DNA of 64,000 nucleotides from Octopus vulgaris (lineage: Eukaryota), in assembly GCA_951406725.2 (NCBI GenBank), contig OX597837.1, forward strand, positions 40,176,001-40,240,000, in the 5' to 3' direction. This document shows positions 1 through 17,078 of this stretch, one piece after another. The notes under the pieces are model-generated. The model made no database searches. It saw only the letters and a list, made by a program, of their open reading frames with translations, and had not been told where the DNA came from. The translations under genes and the position numbers were made by a program. The stretch's first letter is position 1. Each line of letters begins with the position of its first letter.

Positions 1-164
1 TATCATGCTATTGTATTCTAATCTTCGGATTTATTTCAATCTTTGAATTTGCAATTATATATCGGACTGAATTGAAACGTACGTAGGCTTTATGTGGCTG
101 TATGTTAATAAATTAATTTCATATCCTTACCAACTCTCCATTCACCTTTTTTAGTCATATATAT

Positions 165-272
165 ATATTGTTATATTTCGGAATGGTCATATTGCCAGTT
201 TAGCCAATAAAAACACACGCACTATTTTATTGGCTAAACTGGCAATATGACCATTCCGAAATATAACAATAT
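165..272. repeat. Perfect 48-bp inverted repeat (fold-back) with 12-nt loop, inside (TA)n
   Basis: 165-212 ATATTGTTATATTTCGGAATGG...GCCAATAAAA is the exact reverse complement of 225-272; (TA)n lies on both sides. Confidence 0.9.
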
Positions 273-325
273 CTGTTTCAACACACGACTTCACATAAAA
301 AATCTTGCACAACAAATATTTAAAC

Positions 326-383
<58 letters not shown>

Positions 384-386
<3 letters not shown>

Positions 387-548
387 CGCATGACATCGAG
401 TGTAGGTGTATTTACGTCCCGTAAATTAGCAGTTCGGCAAAACAAAACCGAGCGATTAAGTACCAAGCTTGTAAAAATAAGAACTTTCGTCGATTAAACT
501 TCTTCGAGGCGCTGCCCCAGCCTGGTCACAGTGTGATAATTGAAAAAG
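384..548 (+). mobile_element. SINE family B, degenerate 3' part
   Basis: TTTACGTCCCGTAA...GTTCGGCAAAA...AAGTACC...GGCGCTGCCCCAGC matches the tail of full copies at 16105 and 21699. Confidence 0.7.
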
Positions 549-1017
549 CAAATGTTAAAAAAATGTTTCCAATAGAACGATTCAAATGATTAAATTGTTT
601 AAAATGTTTCTCATACTTTGCCGCATAAATGCAGATCTACTTCATATACAACTATTAGCATTTATACAATATTCAAGCTTACAAATACTTACTATACAAA
701 GTTTAAAATATGTTTAATTTTAAACTGTTTACAATAAAGCAACGTTTATAATACAATTTCTTTCTTTTTTTGTCATGAGTCTGTTCTTAACGTTATTATT
801 TACAATTGAAATGATTTAGTTAAAGCTGTAGACACGGAAGTGAGGTTAATATCGCATTGCAAACATGTAACTGCGAACTTGGTTACACTGTCTGACATCT
901 CGGGCAGGGCTCTTGCGCCATAGATTCGGACAGGCTTATGCCTCATGTATGAAATGTGGTAAGCAGAACTGTATAAAAACTTGCTGTGTGTGTGCGTGTG
1001 TGTGCATGTGTGTCTCG

Positions 1018-1284
1018 GTCTCTCGCCATTTCTGCACTACCGGGCATTCATAACTACCGTCGTTGTCTGTATTGTCTCCGCACAGGGACCATCCAGACTC
1101 CCGCCTTCACCGTGAACAGGAATTTGATCTTCTCTCTTCGCTCCTTTGCGCCACATGGGCTCAACTTCCTTCCTCTCTTCATCTGACACCTACGTCCTCT
1201 CTTCACAACTACCCACCTTCTCTCTTCATTGATACCCCCCAAACCCCACCTCCATCCCCACCCCCTCATCCGCACACCCACAAA

Positions 1285-1290
<6 letters not shown>
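1018..1290 (+). pseudogene. Penelope-like element GIY-YIG endonuclease C-terminal remnant
   Basis: VSRHFCTTGHS*...RLHREQE, then a frameshift, then LIFSLRSFAPHGLN. This matches the PLE C-terminal pattern HF..gHs...R..rE..LIf.L.tl.P.GLN; the element ends at (TA)n. Confidence 0.75.
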
Positions 1291-1322
<32 letters not shown>

Positions 1323-1819
1323 TGTACATTTATATGTATATCAACGGCGGGCTTTCAAGTAGTTTCCATCTACAAGTTTCATTGACACGTCAGAGACTGA
1401 ACCACGAATCACCTAGATGCGAAGCGAGCTTCTTAACCATACGCCCACGCTTACGCCTATAACCAAATTTCGTTACATAGGAAGAAAACCGAATGAAAAA
1501 TGTGGTGGCCATCAATTGGTTAGTAATGAGCATAAACCGTTCAAAAAGGAATGGTAATTTACTTTGTCATGAAGAATTGGCAAAATAAAATGTCGCTGAC
1601 AAAAGCTTTCATCTTGGAGGAAAACATACTTTCTAATGGCGCCGATTCTACGATGTCATAAAAAAAAGATAAAACTATCGGACGGAGACATTTTTTTTTT
1701 CATTTCGTCACGACAAAACAGATTTATTCTTTTGTTTCTACTAAATACTATACTAGTAGATACTTTGACCAGGTATGTTTAAGCAACACTGCTTCCTCTA
1801 CTCTTGTTTGAAAAATATG

Positions 1820-1881
<62 letters not shown>

Positions 1882-2117
1882 ATATACTCGTACCTGACGA
1901 TTTATTACTGAAAGAAGCAACGTGAATATTTGTTTGAACAAAGACATGGAAATTGTTTCCAAAGCGTATAAGTACAGTGCTAGTTTATGATCTTATAGCA
2001 GCAATGCTATCTAAGCTAACTAGCCTTAGTATACATACAGGCTTATATATATGTGTGTGTGTGTGTGTGTTTGTGTGTGCGTGTAGGTGTATGTATATAT
2101 ATGCATATATATATATA

Positions 2118-2470
2118 AGAGTAGTTGAATGAATTATCTTATTATGGATAATTCGGTTAACCGATACCTGGGTAGCAAATTCACGTCAGAAAAACACGGT
2201 TGAAGCTACATGCCAAGGGCAGAGATCATGTGCTTTCGTGTGGAAATTTGTGTGTTTTTTTAATACAAATAAATGAAACAATGGAGTTGAACGACGAATT
2301 AACAAAATTCCTTTATTCTCGACATATGTTTCGAAGGCTGCATATTCCTAATTTCGAAGGAATAAGGGGTGCATTATGCCGCCTTCTCATCAGGAAAAAT
2401 AAGGAACTTATGTCAGCATCAAGATGAACAAAAACTTTTAGATGACTGCCCACACGGAGCCCATAGCGAT
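2118..2470 (-). mobile_element. Hammerhead-bearing Penelope pLTR-like or retrozyme-like insertion
   Basis: About 350 bp of non-microsatellite sequence containing the hammerhead, bounded by TA-rich microsatellite on both sides. Confidence 0.55.
2308..2406 (-). ncRNA. Type I hammerhead ribozyme, canonical core
   Basis: Minus strand reads ttccttatttttc-CTGATGA-gaaggc...gccttc-GAAAC-atat-GTC-gagaataaaggaa. Stems I, II and III all pair and the triplet is GUC. Confidence 0.85.
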
Positions 2471-2592
2471 AATATATATATTGCATATATATATATTTCA
2501 TATATATATATATATATGTATGTATATAAATATTTGTATGCTTATGTACATATACAGAGATACTCACATACGTATATGTATATATATGTTTG

Positions 2593-2885
2593 TTCCTTCT
2601 CGAGCCACGCTGGGCTCATTAGGAGGGCCGGTTTTCCGGTTTCCATGGCCTATGGGTTTCCCACCTGGACGGGACGCCGGTCCGTCGCAGGTGAACTGAA
2701 AGATGCAGGAGGAAAGAGTGAGAGAAAGTTGTGGCGAAAGAGTCAGCAGAAGTTTCGCCATTACATTCTACTGGAGCCGCGTGGAGCTTAGTTGTTTCGT
2801 GCATAAACTCACACATCACCCGGTCTGCGATTCGAACCCGCGAGCCCTCGACAGCGAGTCTGCTGCTCTAACCATGCATCCACCA
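2593..2885 (-). mobile_element. SINE, head D with Meta-domain-like tail
   Basis: tRNA-like head plus CCTGCGACGGACCGGCGTCCCGTCCAGG on the minus strand; similar to 63404-63675. Confidence 0.8.
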
Positions 2886-3059
2886 GCCGAAAAATGCTTC
2901 ATCTAAAATTTAAATCTTTTGCCTATAGAAGACAGAATTATTTTTTCGAATTTGTGTAGAATGATTCTATATAAGCTCGAGAAGGAACAAACAACAACAA
3001 TTTTCCCGCTGTGCTGACGATTCTGTTAGTTCGTCGCCCTTCCGATCACAACATATTTC

Positions 3060-3275
3060 TTTCAAATTTTGGCACAAGGCCAGCAATTTCGGGGGAAGGT
3101 GTCGAGGGTGATTACCACGATCCCCTAGTACTAAACTGGTTCTTATTTTATCGGCTCTGAAGTGATCAAAGGCAAAGTGGGCTACGGTGGAATTAGAACT
3201 GGAAACGTAAATACGGACGAAATGCCGTTGACCATTTTGTCTGGCGTGCTTAGGATTTTGCTAATTCAACGCGTT
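3060..3275 (-). mobile_element. SINE family A (Nin-domain-like), degenerate
   Basis: AAAGGCAAAGT...GGAATTAGAACT...GACGAAATGCCG is homologous to the 4008 copy. Confidence 0.7.
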
Positions 3276-3379
3276 TATCACCTCATGATATTACCTCCTG
3301 TAATACATGTTCCATAGAATGAATACTGAACGATTAAACCCACACAACACATTCTACACAACCAGCGATAATAGGGGGG

Positions 3380-3760
3380 AAGCACTCCGTCGGTTACGAC
3401 GACGAAGGTTCCAGTTGATCCGATCAACGGAACAGCCTGCTCGTGAAATTAACGTGTAAGTGGCTGAGCACTCCACAGACACGTATACCCTTAACGTAGT
3501 TCTCGGGGATATTCAGCGTGACACAGAGTGTGACAAGGATGGCCCTTTTGAAATACAGGTACAACAGAAACAGGAAGTAAGAGTGAGAGAAAGTTGTGGT
3601 GAAAGAGTACAGCTGGGATCACCACCATCCCCTGCCGGAGCCTCGTGGAGCTTTAGGTGTTTTCGCTCAATAAACACTCACAACGCCCAGTCTGGGAATC
3701 GAAACCGCGATCGTATGACCGCGAGTCCGCTGCCCTAACCACTGGGCCATTGCACCTTCC
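3380..3760 (-). mobile_element. SINE, head D with tail C
   Basis: Head matches 49533 and 62235; tail matches 21018-21190. Confidence 0.85.
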
Positions 3761-3794
3761 CAGCGATAATATAGCATAACGTACACAACAATAG

Positions 3795-3960
3795 GCGTGT
3801 GAAGTTAACAAGTGGCTGAGCACACCACAAGCATGTGTAACCTTAATGTAGTCCTCGGGGATATTCAGCGTGACACAGAAACGTGATAGGGCTGGTCCTT
3901 TGAAATACAGGTACAACTCATTTTTGCAAGCTGAGTTGCCTGGAGCAATATGAAATGAAG
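3795..3960 (-). mobile_element. SINE family C fragment
   Basis: AAGTGGCTGAGCAC...CCTTTGAAATACAGGTACAACTCATTTTTGC is shared with the 21018 copy. Confidence 0.75.
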
Positions 3961-4007
3961 TATCGGTCTCACAGCCTTTTTGATCGTGAGCAGAATATCC
4001 TGGCTTA

Positions 4008-4608
4008 AGTCGGCGAGCTGGCAGAAACGTTAGCACGCCGGGCGAAATGCTTAGAGGTATTTCGTCTGCCGTTACGTTCTGAGTTCAAATTCCGCCGCGG
4101 TCGACTTTGCCCTTCATCCTTTCGGGGTCGATTAAATAAGTACCAGTTACGCACTGGTGTCGATATAATTGACTTAATCCGTTTGTCTGTCCTTGTTTGT
4201 CCCCTCTGTGTTTAGCCCCTTGTGGGTAGAAAACAAATAGGTATTTCGTCTGTCGTTACGTTCTGAGTTCAAATTCCGCCGAGGTCGACTTTACCTTTCA
4301 TCCTTTCGGGGTCGATTAAATAAGTACCAGTTACGCACTGGGGTCGATATAATCGACTTAATCCCTCTATCTGTCCTTGCTTGTCCTCTCTGTGTTTAGC
4401 CCCTTGTGGGTAGTAAAGAAATAGGTATTTCGTCTGCTGTTACGTTCCGAGTCCAATTTCCGCCGAGGTCAACTTTGCCTTTCATCATTTCAGGGTCGAC
4501 AAATTAAGTACCAGTTACACACTGGAGTCGATGTAATCGACTTAATCCCTCTGTCTGTCCTTGTTTGTCCCCTCTATGTTTAGCCCCTTGTGGGCAATAA
4601 AGAATTAA
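4008..4608 (+). mobile_element. SINE family A with three tandem 184-bp body units
   Basis: tRNA-like head GGCGAGCTGGCAGAAACG; Nin-like CCTTTCATCCTTTCGGGGTCGATTAAATAAGTACCAG; units start at 4057, 4241 and 4425. Confidence 0.9.
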
Positions 4609-5049
4609 GAATATCCTGGCTACTAAGGCACTCGCCTTCACACAATCCCGAACAATATAGCGCGCAATCCACACAGAGCCAACTCAACGGTTTTCTTCAC
4701 GTAATTAAAATCACGCAATACAAAGCCGTATGTAATCAACGCCCGATACTGTAACGTATTGCCAAGCAACTTTCGCAACGAAAATGCTACGTGAGTGTTA
4801 CGCAGAAAAAAAACCGTAACGCAACTAGATAAATTCCATTGAAAATAATGTTAGACTCAATAAAACAAGCCCCACAGCGAAAACAGAAGAACAGATGTAT
4901 TTAAAAATAGTTAATTACACACTGCGAACCGAAAATGCTGCCTGCTCTCACCCCAGGAAAGCAGAGGTGTAATCTGGACTCGCAGTAGAAACAATGATAG
5001 AACTATTGTTAACATGACTGAGAAAATTATAACAACAACAACAACAACA

Positions 5050-5245
5050 ATAATCCTTTCTACTCTAAGTACAAGGCCTGAAATTTTCTGGAAGGAGTAA
5101 GTTGATCACATCGAACCCAGTACTTGACTGGTACTTAATTTATCAACCCCGAAACAATGAAAGGCAAAGACGACCTCAGCGGAATTTGAACTAGGAACGT
5201 AGACACGAGCGAAATATCGTTAAGTGTTTTACTCGTCGTATTAAC
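5050..5245 (-). mobile_element. SINE family A (tail type 2)
   Basis: AATCCTTTCTACT...GGTACTTAATTTATC...GGAATTTGAACT. Confidence 0.8.
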
Positions 5246-5281
5246 ATAATACATACATACATACATACATACATACATACA

Positions 5282-5312
<31 letters not shown>

Positions 5313-5528
5313 GATGGGCTTGGAGGTAGTGGTGATGCCGGCTGGTGCGATCTTGTGGTTTGCTGGTATGCCGAAAGAGATCTAGTGGGCCCCTAACTGG
5401 TTCCCCGATCTTAAAGGTGTAATGTGGATGTGTAATGATGACACATCAACAAATGAGCACGAAATTCTAACTTAAAAGATATAGAAAAAATAAAAGGACA
5501 ACGTTGTATTTCAAAGCCAAAAGATGTT

Positions 5529-5897
5529 TTGGATCTTTTCGGTTTGAACGGCAGTTTTTAACGTAATTTCTAGGAAACAAAAAATGTTAAACTTCGTATA
5601 CTGGTAGAATGTGTTTATAAAACATCTTTTTCTCTTGGCTTTATTGAGAAAATTTTATAGTTTGTAGGATATTTGTAGATTTTTTTCAATTTCTGCAATT
5701 TCAACCAATCAATGACGTCCATTGAGGTAATAAATATCCTGTGCCGTATGAATATGTCTCTCGTTTAAGAAACAGATTGGGTGTATTTATATTTGCGAAG
5801 AAAAAAAGATATTTTGACCCCACCCCTAACCCTAACCCTAAAACAGATTGAAATGCAATTGATCGATACTAGGGTCATAATTATGGGTGACAATTAC
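5529..5897 (+). mobile_element. Helentron/HINE-like non-autonomous element with CCCTAA repeats
   Basis: Same family as 55149-55272 and 31135-31440 (AAACTTCGTATACTGGTAGAATGTG...AAAACATCTTTT); internal CCCTAACCCTAACCCTAA; class assignment is an inference. Confidence 0.5.
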
Positions 5898-5949
5898 ATA
5901 CCACACAGCTCCTCCTGCACCTATTATATATATATCTCGTCGCCCTTTT

Positions 5950-6240
5950 CAAGCCTACCCAGGCTCATGGGCCCGGTTTCCCGGTTTCTGTGGCGTATGT
6001 GTTCCCCCCAGCAGACGGGACGCCAGTCCATCGCAGCGTTACTCTGGAAACAGGAAGAGAGAGGGAGAGAAAGTTGTGGAGAAAGAGTAAAACAAGGGTC
6101 ACCACCCACCCCCTGACCGAGCCTCGTGGAGCTTTTAGGTGTCTTCGCTCAATAAACACACACAAAGCCCGGTCTGGGAATCGAAACCGCGATCCTCCGA
6201 CCGCGAGTCCGCTGCCCTAACCACTGGGCCATTGTCTCCA
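5950..6240 (-). mobile_element. SINE, head D with Meta-domain-like tail
   Basis: Homologous to 2593-2885 and 63404-63675. Confidence 0.8.
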
Positions 6241-6280
6241 CATCATATATATATATAGGTAAAAAAAAAAAAAAAATTTT

Positions 6281-6448
6281 TTGTCTCTGTCTTCCCTTCT
6301 CGGGATCTTTCCTTCTCCTTTGTTTCCGACGAAGAGCTCCGCTCGAAACGTTAAACCCTTCTTCCCTTCTTTCCGAGCGTCAAATAATACTTTAATTGTT
6401 CCACGTCCTCGCGTTGCTGTGTTTTTTTCTGTGTTTTCTTGTTTGGAT

Positions 6449-6453
<5 letters not shown>
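6281..6453 (+). mobile_element. Penelope pLTR-like fragment (family P1) with a minimal hammerhead variant at 6322-6356
   Basis: GTTT-CCGACGA-A-GAGC-TCC-GCTC-GAAAC-GTT-AAAC; ends in TTTGGATTAAC followed by (TA)n; related copies at 29600 and 33337. Confidence 0.7.
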
Positions 6454-11460
<5,007 letters not shown>

Positions 11461-12478
11461 ACAACATGAGGTGTATATTTTGCTGAGAGCTTGCGTATGT
11501 CTCTCTCCTTTCTATGTTTATAAAACAGTCAATGGAAGTTCTGTGATATATTTACCTCGACAAAGCAAGGCAGACGACAACACTTCTACCGACATTTAAC
11601 TCGGTAAGTTTTCATTCATGTATATTTACATATATTTACATATATATATATCGACATGTTATATTGTTCAAATGCACGTTTTTCCCCCAAATATTTTCAT
11701 TGCCGAAGGTGGATAGACTACACTTCTACTAACAAATAAAGTCTATAAGTTTTTCGAACACATATTTATGCGAGTATATCCGTATTTTTGTGGTATATAT
11801 TAAACAAAGAAACATATATGACGATGTCAGGCAGACGATAGATATATATGTGCGTGTGTGTATGTATGAATGTATGTATTATGTATGTATGCATGCATGT
11901 ATGTATGTATGTATGTATGTATGTATGTATGTATGCATGTATGTATGTATGTATGTATGTATGTATGCATGCATGTATGTATATATTTATGTATGTATGT
12001 ATGCATGCATGTATGTATGTATGTATGTATGTATGTGTATGTATGTATGTATGCATGTTTGTATGTATGTATGTATGTACCTGTGTGTATGTATGTATGT
12101 TTGTATGTATGTATGTATGTATGTATGTATGTATGCATGTATGTATGTTTGTATGTATGTACCTGTATGTATGTATGCATGTGTGTGTGTGTATGTATGT
12201 ACGTATGTATGTATGTATGTATGTATGTATGTATGTATGTATGTATTTATGTATGGTGAAATTTAAAAGGTTATTTGTGATGTATTTACCTCAGCAAAGC
12301 CAGGCGCACAGTACACCTGCCTATATTTGAAGTCTGTAAGTTTATAGATATAAATCTTATATTAGTAAATATATGTTCTATGATACATTTAACGTTTATA
12401 TTTGCCGAAGCGAGGCAGTCGATATTTTCTACCAGCATTTAAGTTTGCAAGTTTATATAAATATATATACATAAATGC

Positions 12479-12529
<51 letters not shown>

Positions 12530-12559
12530 CACACATATATATATATAAATGCATATATA

Positions 12560-12900
12560 TATGGCTGTGTGGTGAGAGGCTTGCTTCTCAACCACATGGT
12601 TCTGGGTTCAATCCCACTGCGTGGCACCATGTGGGTGGACATGGTAGATGGAAATTGAAAGAAGCCTGTCAAATATGTGTGTGTATGTGTATGTGTGTGT
12701 CTGCGAATGTCCCGCACCATCGATTGACAACCATTGTTGGTGTGTTTACGCCCTCGTAACGTAGCGCTTCGGCAAAATGAACCGATAAAATAAGTACTAG
12801 GCTTACAAAGAATAACTCCTGGGATCGATTTATTCCACTAAAAGCGGTGCTCCAGCATGGCCACAGTCAAATGACTGAATCAAGTAAAAGGATAAAGGAA
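12560..12900 (+). mobile_element. SINE family B (tRNA head, CORE-like)
   Basis: TGGCTGTGTGG...CCCACTGCGTGGCACC...GCGGTGCTCCAGCATGGCC...TGACTGAA. Confidence 0.8.
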
Positions 12901-12911
12901 TATATACATAC

Positions 12912-13031
<120 letters not shown>

Positions 13032-13042
13032 ATACACACGCG

Positions 13043-13073
<31 letters not shown>

Positions 13074-14131
13074 ACACGTATGTATTTTATATGTATGTAT
13101 GTATGTATATATGGCGGATACATATGTATGTCGATGAATGCAAACTATAACTAGATACGGACAACATAGAAATGAAATCTATTAAGTTTTTGTAAAATCC
13201 ATATTTAAATGAATGTTTACGATATATGTGCTTCAGAAAAACCAGGTAGACGAATAGGATATCAAATAGGATATACACATTATTAAATAAAATAGATGCT
13301 TTGAGGTATTGTTAACGGATATATTTGTTGAGATCACGCAGACCATAGAGAGTTTCTACAAACATTGAAGTCCGTAAGTTTGTTGGATTTTTCCCTACAT
13401 TAAAACAGATTTTCGTGATGTGTTTCCATTGATAAAACCACGTAGGCGATAATTTTTCAACCAACATTCACGCCTATAAGTTGTATTTTACTACATGCAA
13501 TATAAGTGATTGTGTGTGATATATTTGTTACAGACAGGTCCTGGCAGACGATTCAGATATCCACACTAAAACGTATTATATTGTCTCTTTACCTATACAA
13601 ATGATTTATATATCTACATAGGAAAGTGTAGGAAGACAATAGGGGTAGCCAAAATTAAGGTCTGTCAGTTTTTCTACAAAAGTATTTAAATAACAGTTTG
13701 TGATATATTTATTTACCTGAGCAATGTCAAGCAGGCTATATCGATACCACGGAAGAATCTGTAAGTTTTGTTTTTAAGTTCTTTTACATACCTTTCTATA
13801 TATTTCTTAATGACATATTTTCTTCAGAAAAGAAAAGCAGACGATAGACCTACCATCATTAATGTCTATAAGTTTGTTTTTTTCACCATAACATTTAAAT
13901 AGTATATTTATTTCGGTCAGACCGTATTAAAGTCTACACGTTCTTTTACATACCTCTCTAAATGGTTATTTATGGTATACTTTCATTGGAAAGGATAGGA
14001 AGACAGTAGGTCTACTGACATAAAAGTCTATAAGTTCATTGTTATATATATATAAATGGTTGTTTATGATATAGTTTCCTTGTAAAGTGCACGCATACGA
14101 CATTAAAATATGTCAGATTCTATTAACTGAA

Positions 14132-14410
14132 ATCAGTGGACCCTGAGGGCCCATATAAGATTTGGGGCTAAATCCACGCAACAAAATAGTAAACTGAGGA
14201 TCCACAGTATTATTTTAAGGGACCCTGGTAAAATTTTCCTTTGGATCTATGATTTCTTTCTCTAACATTTTCCATAGTTCAACCGACACAAGTTAATGTT
14301 TGAAAAACAAAGTAGGAATTTTGAAAGAAGTTTCTATAAAACTAGTTTTTAAACACCGAATAGCAACCAAAGTGGTCCATAGGTCAAAAAATGGCTAAGA
14401 ACCCCTGATC
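14132..14410. mobile_element. hAT-like MITE
   Basis: Begins CAGTGG and ends AAAAATGGCTAAGAACCCCTG; related to 15367-15640. Confidence 0.55.
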
Positions 14411-14877
14411 TAAACGGGTATTCACGATACATTTTCCTCGACAAGGACAAACAGACAACAGGTATACTGACAATTTTTTTAATTATTTATGTTCCATAAA
14501 AAACGGTTGTTTACATAGTTGTATCTCGGTTAATCCCAGCGGATGCTAGTGCTACCGAACTGTAAAAGTAAGTTTTCTTTTTACATTTTAAAACTCTTCT
14601 ACTTCTCTCATGGTCAAACTGGGACGCTTCTTCGAAGGTATTCGTCGATCATATTGTTTTATACCATCGATCTCCTTTTATACTTGAAATAATTTTTGCT
14701 GAACTTTTAAGTTAGCAAAAGCGTAAACAAACTGTGACCTGTTGTCAAACGAGAGACATTCACACGCTAAGAATATATACGTGTTGCAGGTCGATACCGA
14801 TCGATGGCATTTGTATATGGTGCTTGTGTGTGCGAGTGTGTGTGTGTGTGTGTGCTTGCGAGTTTCCGTTAAATATT

Positions 14878-14972
<95 letters not shown>

Positions 14973-15016
14973 ATGTATATATATATGAATGTATGTATGT
15001 ATATGCATATGTAAAC

Positions 15017-15068
<52 letters not shown>

Positions 15069-15109
15069 TTAGATAGATATAGATATAGATATAGATATAT
15101 ATATGTGTG

Positions 15110-15300
15110 TGTGCGTGGTAAGAAGCTTGTTTCTCTACCACGTGGTTCCAAGTTCAGTCCCACTGTGCGGCACACCGACCGACTATAACCTTGTGAGTTG
15201 ATTTAGAGTTGACTTGTTTAACTAAAAACCCTGTAAAGCGGTGCTCCAGCATGGCAGCACTCAAATGACTGAAACAAGTAAAATAATAAAAGAATAAAAG
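15110..15300 (+). mobile_element. SINE family B, internally deleted
   Basis: Head and tail motifs of family B are present. Confidence 0.7.
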
Positions 15301-15366
15301 TATTTATATAAAACCAAAGTTCAGCTGTGACAATGTGATCTGTTGGGGGCCATCTCAGACTAATGC

Positions 15367-15640
15367 TGTGGTTCTCAACAAGGGTTCTAGGTGAAGTGGC
15401 CCTTGGGGACCCAGATCAGATTTTGCTGTTAAAATTTATGTGCACTAAATCACTTACACTTCTACAAAACACAAAATATTTTGATAATTTTTCCTGAAAT
15501 TCCTGATATATTCAATTATAAAAATTTCAGTAATTTATTTATTATATTTTGTATATCTACAGTAAATGGCTATGGAGGTCCAGCAGAGTAATACGGGAGT
15601 CAAAGGGATCGATAGGCAAAAAATGGTTGAGAATCCCTGA
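15367..15640. mobile_element. hAT (Charlie-like) MITE
   Basis: Terminal inverted repeats TGTGGTTCTCAAC ... GTTGAGAATCCCTG. Confidence 0.6.
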
Positions 15641-16104
15641 TCTAAATGTGTCCTTCCCCTTATTTAACGACGTCTTGTGAGCGCAATTTAGCTGCCATTT
15701 CTAGCACACCAAGCGGCCACGTAGCGGGCTGGTCGTTGCATGGAAGTTCATACTTATAGCTGCAAGTACGAGAGCACAAAGGGATCATCTATTTTCTTGT
15801 CAACGAAGTTGTTTAAACGCTGGTGATATAACAACGTTCCCTCTCCCTTCCTCACTCTCTCACTTTCTCTCTCTCTGCTGCACTTTCGTTCCCCACTATC
15901 TCTCTCTCTATTACTATAATCTTCCTCTTTTCCTCTTTCGTTCCATTTCTTCCCCCGTCACTCTTCCAACCTGCGTTTGTACACATCGACACGTGTAGAG
16001 CTGGTTTATCTGTGTGTATGTATATGTTTGTGTGTGCGTGGGAAGGTATGCCATATATCTAGGCATTTCTGTGTGTGAGTGTGTGTATGGATATGTATAT
16101 ATAT

Positions 16105-16261
16105 AGTGGCTGTGTGGTAAGTAGCTTGCTAACAAACCACATGTTTCCGGGTTCAGTCTCACTGCGTGGCACCTTGGACAAGTGTCTTCTACTATAGCCT
16201 CGGGTCAACCAAAGCCTTGTGAGTGGATTTGGTAGACGGAAACTGAAAGAAGCCCGTCGTA

Positions 16262-16317
<56 letters not shown>

Positions 16318-16522
16318 AGTGTGTGTGTTTGTGTGTCTGTGTTTGTCCCCCAACATCGCTTGACAACCGATGCTGGTGTGTTTACGTCCTGTAACCTTAG
16401 CAGTTCGGCAAGAGAGACCGATAGCATAAGTACTAGGCTTACAAACAATAAGTCCTGGGGTCGATTTGCTCGACTAAATGCGGTGCTCCAGCATGGCTGC
16501 AGTCAAAAGAGTGAAAAGTAAA

Positions 16523-16525
<3 letters not shown>
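16105..16525 (+). mobile_element. SINE family B, full length with internal microsatellite
   Basis: A/B-box head, CCTTGGACAAGTGTCTT CORE-like motif, internal (TA)n(TG)n and the family tail. Confidence 0.9.
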
Positions 16526-16572
<47 letters not shown>

Positions 16573-16649
16573 TAAATATTAGGGAATAAATCCAAATTTA
16601 CAGGGAAAAAATAATAATGTTTTGCAAAATAGTGGTTTTGTCTCTAATA

Positions 16650-16689
<40 letters not shown>

Positions 16690-16699
16690 CATACATATA

Positions 16700-17043
16700 T
16701 ACATCTGTCTCCCAATTCCGCTTACAAGCTTTGGACGACCCGAGGCTGTAGTGGGAAACACTTGCCTAAAATGTCACGTCCTGGGATTGAACTCGGAACC
16801 TTGTGGTTGCGAAGCAAATTTCTTACCACAATATACCCACACATACATACATACATACATACATACATACATACATACATACATACACACATACATACAT
16901 ACATACACACATACATACACATACATATATATATACTTACACATATCCATATACAAACTCTACACACACGCATTCACACACACATACACAGCTACATACA
17001 TTATACGTATATATGTATATACATACATATATGTGTATGCATC

Positions 17044-17078
<35 letters not shown>

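Noticed and set aside
1888-1975. CTGACGA...GAAA hammerhead-like spacing
   Set aside because: No convincing stem II or stem III.
2369-2791. 140-aa ORF and similar SINE-spanning ORFs (3653-4036, 18314-18688, 33859-34356, 62255-62728)
   Set aside because: They are chance read-throughs across SINEs and microsatellites.
5822-5842. (CCCTAA)n as an interstitial telomere
   Set aside because: Only about three units, and they lie inside a dispersed repeat.
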